A stretch of 64,000 bases of DNA, taken from NCBI GenBank assembly GCA_965226245.1, contig CBDDCL010000015.1, positions 3,574,515 through 3,638,514 on the forward strand. The letters run 5' to 3'. Under the pieces are notes generated by a model that saw only the letters and a list, made by a program, of their open reading frames with translations, was not told the origin of the DNA and made no database searches. Of this stretch, positions 60,186 through 64,000 are shown in pieces. Numbering within the stretch: position 1 is the first letter of the stretch; every line of letters begins with the position of its first letter. This DNA is from Bryobacterales bacterium (lineage in GTDB: Bacteria > Acidobacteriota > Terriglobia > Bryobacterales > UBA6623). Made by a program: the position numbers and the translations under genes.

Positions 60186-61337
60186 TCAACTTGACAAGAT
60201 TAGCCGGCGAATCCGGTCAGCCGCGGCGCCGGCTTCGTCGAGCTGCTTCTGAAGGTCCGCGACATCGGGCAGATAGCTTCGAATCATCGTCGTGGCGGAA
60301 CTGGGAATAAGGGTGAACGGCCCCGCATCCGCTGGGATTAGATAGGCATCCGCCGCGCGATAGGCAGGGTCTGGGGTCGAGCCGCCCCCGCCGCCAACGG
60401 ACCCCTCCCCGCGCGAGGCGCTTGGCGTTAGCCGCCCTTCGCCGCCTGTGAACAGCAGCAGGTGGGCTCGTTTCGGATCCGCAACGTAGGAAACCGGCTT
60501 CTCATATACGATTCGCTCCACGGCGAAATGCGGGCAGGCTACAAGCAATTCTCGGCGCCACTCGTCGTCCTGAAAGCTTACGGGCGGAAAGCGAAAGGGC
60601 TCTTGCGGCCCGGGATAAGGCTGTTGGCGGGTGACGGCCACCGCGCGCTCGATGTGCAGAGCCCTCGGTTTGCCGTCGTCCCCGAGACGGTCGAAATCAT
60701 AAAAACGGTAGGTCAGGTCGGAGTTCTGCTGGATCTCACACAAGATAAGTCCCGGGCCGATTGTGTGCGGCGTTCCCGGTGGAACGAAAAAGGCCTGCCC
60801 CTCGCGGACTTCAATCCAGTTCAGATAGTTCTTGATTTCTCCGGTTTCCGCGGCCCAGCGCAGCTCATCGCTGGATAGCTTCCGAGTCAGACCGATCGCC
60901 AATCGCGCGGCAGGCTCGGCATGCACGATGTACCAAATCTCGGTCTTGCCCGGACCACCCTCATGTTCCAGCGCATACTCATCCGCCGGGTGTACCTGAA
61001 CCGACAACTGATCGGACGAAAAGATGAACTTCGCAAGAATCGGGAAGTACGCTTGCCCGCTCCCCGGCAAGCCCTGCTCAGCCTGCCCAGCCGATCGCCG
61101 GCTCATCGCAACAGGCTGATAGGAAGTCCCCATCAAGCGCGGACCAAACTCCCTCATCAAGCTGCCGAGGGTTCGCCCCCGCAGCGGCCCGTTGGCAATC
61201 TGGTTCTCTTCGAAACTGAACCACAACTCCCCAATTGGAGACGGCTCTTGCCGCGGGAGGAGTGGCGCCAGGTCACGCTTGCCCCAAATCTTCTTGCGAA
61301 ACGAGGGGGGCAACTTGAGTGGGTAGAGATCGGTCAA
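60186..61337 (-). CDS. manA: Class I mannose-6-phosphate isomerase (cupin)
   Basis: KIWG, IGELW, FPILAKF, LSVQVHPAD, GKTEIWY, HTIG, EIQQNSDLTYRFYD. Confidence 0.88.
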   Translation of the reverse strand: MTDLYPLKLPPSFRKKIWGKRDLAPLLPRQEPSPIGELWFSFEENQIANGPLRGRTLGSLMREFGPRLMGTSYQPVAMSRRSAGQAEQGLPGSGQAYFPILAKFIFSSDQLSVQVHPADEYALEHEGGPGKTEIWYIVHAEPAARLAIGLTRKLSSDELRWAAETGEIKNYLNWIEVREGQAFFVPPGTPHTIGPGLILCEIQQNSDLTYRFYDFDRLGDDGKPRALHIERAVAVTRQQPYPGPQEPFRFPPVSFQDDEWRRELLVACPHFAVERIVYEKPVSYVADPKRAHLLLFTGGEGRLTPSASRGEGSVGGGGGSTPDPAYRAADAYLIPADAGPFTLIPSSATTMIRSYLPDVADLQKQLDEAGAAADRIRRLILSS

Positions 61338-62509
61338 GACAGCTCGGCGACGAAGTCCCGTATCCGGGCGATACCTCGTTCCAGTTCATGCATGGAAGTC
61401 GCGTAGGAGAGCCGCACGTGCTCGCTCGTTCCAAATGCTTCACCCGGCACGACCGCCACGTGAGCCTGCTTCAGAAGCGCGGTTGAAAAGTCCAGCGCGC
61501 TGTTGATTCCGCCTTTACCAAAGCAACAACTGATGTTTGGGTAGACGTAGAACGCGCCGCCTGGCAGCGGACAGCTCAGGCCGGGAATATCTCTGAGCGC
61601 TTGGACCGCATAGTCACGGCGGCGGCGGTATTCCTCGAGCATCTGGCCGACCGAGTCCTGAGAGCCCGTCAAGGCCTCGATCGCTGCCTTCTGGGCGATC
61701 GATGTGACGTTGGAGGTCGAATGGCTCTGCAGCTTGTTGATCGCACCGATTAACTCTTTTGGCGCCAAAGCATATCCCACCCGCCAACCTGTCATGGCGT
61801 AAGTCTTTGAGAGGGACCCCGCTACCACCACGTTGGGCTTGGCGCCATCGAGCGAGGCAATCGAAAAAGGTTCGCTGTCGTAAACAAGTTTGCAGTAGCA
61901 TTCGTCGGTCAAAAGCATGACGCCCCGGCTCGATGTGAGGGCGTGGATTTTCTCAAACTCCTGCCGCGATAGCACTGCCCCGCTGGGGTTATTGGGCGAG
62001 TTGATGACAACCAGCTTGGTCCTGTCTGTCAAGGCATTTTCGATGGCCGAGGCTGTCAGCCGGAAGCCATCCTCTTCGCTGGTGACAACCTTTACGCACG
62101 AGCCGCCGTGGTAGTTCACGACGTCGAAAAACGTCACCCAGTAAGGGGCCGGCAAAATCACTTCATCACCTTCATCAATTAATGCCGCCATCGTATTGAA
62201 AATGACGTGCTTGCCGCCTACGCAAACAATGCATTCGGAAGGATCGTAAGAGCTGCCGAAATTGTTCGCGTGATACTCGCAGATCGCTTTCTTCAGATCC
62301 GGAATGCCGCCCGCCGGGGTGTATTTGGTGAAATTGTCATCCAGGGCCCGGACTGCGGCCTGCTTGATATTGCCGGGGGTCGGAAAGTCCGGCTCGCCCG
62401 CTCCGAAGGCCACGACGTCTACGCCGGAGGCCTTCAGGCGCCCTGCCTCCGCAGTCACTGCCATCGTGGCCGATTCGCTGATTCCCTTGACTCTTTGTGT
62501 GAGTTCCAT
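61334..62509 (-). CDS. PLP-dependent class I aminotransferase (aspartate aminotransferase-like)
   Basis: GEPDFPTP, KYTP, NSPNNPSG, DECY, SLSKTYAMTGWRVG, GAFY, RLSYATS. Confidence 0.93.
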   Translation of the reverse strand: MELTQRVKGISESATMAVTAEAGRLKASGVDVVAFGAGEPDFPTPGNIKQAAVRALDDNFTKYTPAGGIPDLKKAICEYHANNFGSSYDPSECIVCVGGKHVIFNTMAALIDEGDEVILPAPYWVTFFDVVNYHGGSCVKVVTSEEDGFRLTASAIENALTDRTKLVVINSPNNPSGAVLSRQEFEKIHALTSSRGVMLLTDECYCKLVYDSEPFSIASLDGAKPNVVVAGSLSKTYAMTGWRVGYALAPKELIGAINKLQSHSTSNVTSIAQKAAIEALTGSQDSVGQMLEEYRRRRDYAVQALRDIPGLSCPLPGGAFYVYPNISCCFGKGGINSALDFSTALLKQAHVAVVPGEAFGTSEHVRLSYATSMHELERGIARIRDFVAELS

Positions 62510-62515
62510 ACTTAT

Positions 62516-63007
62516 CTAAAAGCTGCTTCCTTTCTCTCTCAAACGCGCCTCCACAAGCGGCGGCACCAGGTCCCGGATGTCACCTCCGAGCCGCCAGACT
62601 TCTTTCACCAGGCGTGAACTGAGATAGCTGTAGGCCTCGGCCGGAAGCATGAAGATTGTTTCCAACTCGGGGTCCAGCTTGCGGTTCATCAATGCCATCT
62701 GAAGCTCGTACTCGTAGTCGGATACAGCCCGAATCCCCCGTAAGATCATTTGTGCGCCCCTTTGGCGGGCATAGTCGACCAGCAGAGTGTCAAAGCTGTC
62801 GGCCTGCACGTTCGGCAGCCCCGAAACAGCCTCCTCGAGCATTTCCAAACGCTCTTGGGGAGAAAAAAGCGGCTGCTTCGAGTCGTGTTTGAGGACTGCG
62901 ACGATCACCTGATCAAACAGCCGCGCCGCGCGGTTGATCAGATCCAGATGTCCGTTTGTCAGCGGATCAAAGGACCCCGGGTAAATAATGACGTTTTGCT
63001 TCGCCAC
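62516..63007 (-). CDS. coaD: Phosphopantetheine adenylyltransferase
   Basis: YPGSFDPLTNGHLD, RGIRAVSDYEYE, SSRLVKE. Confidence 0.98.
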   Translation of the reverse strand: MAKQNVIIYPGSFDPLTNGHLDLINRAARLFDQVIVAVLKHDSKQPLFSPQERLEMLEEAVSGLPNVQADSFDTLLVDYARQRGAQMILRGIRAVSDYEYELQMALMNRKLDPELETIFMLPAEAYSYLSSRLVKEVWRLGGDIRDLVPPLVEARLREKGSSF

Positions 63008-63125
63008 CTCGGAACACGCTATTGTAGCAATACTTCATTCTCTAACATTTCCGGATCTGACCTTGACTGCTGGCGACCGAGCCAGCGGCAGTTGTTGCAC
63101 TGAAGCGCTTGAAAAGGAGAGCAAA

Positions 63126-63440
63126 GTGATCGTCACCAATACTGAGACCGTGCCGGGCAAGACCATCGTCGAGTTCTACGGCATGGTCAGTGGCAGCACC
63201 GTTCGCGCCAAGCATGTGGGGAAAGACATTCTGGCTAGCCTGAAGAACCTCGTTGGCGGTGAACTGACGAGCTACACTGATCTGCTCAACGAGGCCAGGC
63301 AGGAAGCGATGCAGCGGATGTTCCAGGAAGCGGAATCGGTCGGGGCGAACGCCGTTGTCAACATCCGCTTCTCTACCAGCTCGGTGGCGCAAGGCGCGGC
63401 GGAGTTGTTTGCTTATGGGACCGCCGTAAGGGTCGAATAG
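63126..63440 (+). CDS. YbjQ/UPF0145 family protein
   Basis: MIVTNTETVPG, GGELTSY, GANAVVNIRF, AYGTAV. Confidence 0.92.
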   Translation: MIVTNTETVPGKTIVEFYGMVSGSTVRAKHVGKDILASLKNLVGGELTSYTDLLNEARQEAMQRMFQEAESVGANAVVNIRFSTSSVAQGAAELFAYGTAVRVE

Positions 63441-63454
63441 CCAGGGAGGCTGAC

Positions 63455-63928
63455 TTGACGGACTCGCTTTTCAACATCGGTCTTCTCCTATTCCTTCTCC
63501 TGCTGGGGTACTTCGCGGGGACGTATCTGGAGCGCCGCCACTACATCTCTATCCGGCAGCGCGAACAGGACTTGCTGAAAATTCCCGTGGTCAACTTCCG
63601 GTCCGTGCCCCTGAGCTGGCAGGTTGAGTCGAGTGGTTTGGCTAGCGGCAGCGTGGTCGTTTCGGTTGACTATTTCAAGCGCTTCCTGGCCGGGTTGCGC
63701 ATACTGATTGGCGGCAGAGTCAAGTCTTATGAAACGTTGCTGGATCGGGGCCGGCGTGAGGCTCTCTTGCGTATGAAAGAGCAGGCGATTGCCAACGGGT
63801 ACGACGCGGTCATCAACGTTCGCCTGGAGACGTCGCGGTTGGCGAACGCGAACGGACAGGGCATGGCGGGAGTCGAAATTCTTGCCTTTGGAACAGCGGT
63901 CAAGCTGGTGAATCCAGCAACGGCCTGA
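63455..63928 (+). CDS. Membrane-anchored YbjQ/UPF0145-like protein
   Basis: N-terminal TM, GGRVKSYE, REALLRMKE, DAVINVRLE, AFGTAV. Confidence 0.88.
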   Translation: MTDSLFNIGLLLFLLLLGYFAGTYLERRHYISIRQREQDLLKIPVVNFRSVPLSWQVESSGLASGSVVVSVDYFKRFLAGLRILIGGRVKSYETLLDRGRREALLRMKEQAIANGYDAVINVRLETSRLANANGQGMAGVEILAFGTAVKLVNPATA

Positions 63929-64000
63929 CCGATGGCCCTGACCTCAGCCCGTCGGCAGTCCAGCAACAGAGGCGTGGACGGGAGTTCACGCTCCGCGTAT

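Overview
GC-rich (about 60% by eye) bacterial chromosomal segment. It is most likely from Acidobacteriota (Bryobacterales/Solibacter-like), inferred from a TIGR03437-type C-terminal-domain surface protein, a Cys-rich zinc-ribbon insert in RpoB and Tat-exported Gfo/Idh/MocA enzymes. The core is the tRNA-Thr/Gly/Thr/Tyr-tuf-rpmG-tRNA-Trp-secE-nusG-rplKAJL-rpoBC block (28.8-43.9 kb) followed by dnaG-rpoD. Left of it are lysA (partial), deoC, a glycosyltransferase cluster, ftsH-tilS, fabV, an SDR, glgP (frameshifted), a decayed MNT-HEPN pair, two FAH-family hydrolases and two Gfo/Idh/MocA oxidoreductases. Right of it is an accessory patch (Mu-like portal remnant, TonB receptor plus PepSY-TM, IS200 stub, two paralogous secreted YACHEGN-motif proteins, DUF1080, IS91/ISL3 debris), then manA, an aminotransferase, coaD and two YbjQ genes. 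Mobile DNA: a complete IS1202-like element with a 16-bp target duplication, a complete IS1380 with a 5-bp duplication, and a 532-bp IS1380-derived MITE that splits a roughly 1035-codon surface-protein gene. Best unexplained signals: (1) a ~430-bp element present twice (10359-10790, 18271-18693) with an extended -10 box, conserved stems, a 10-bp-phased direct repeat and a partly conserved reading frame; (2) a ~185-bp inverted-repeat element (7853-8036) whose transition mismatches are all G-U compatible on one strand; (3) an encapsulation-peptide-like N-terminus on DeoC; (4) a ~245-aa acidic extension on NusG; (5) a DUF2304-GT4 fusion joined across a G8 tract; (6) a multi-stem cassette in the IS1202 right end. 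No CRISPR array or rRNA was seen. All family assignments are by motif recognition, not database search.
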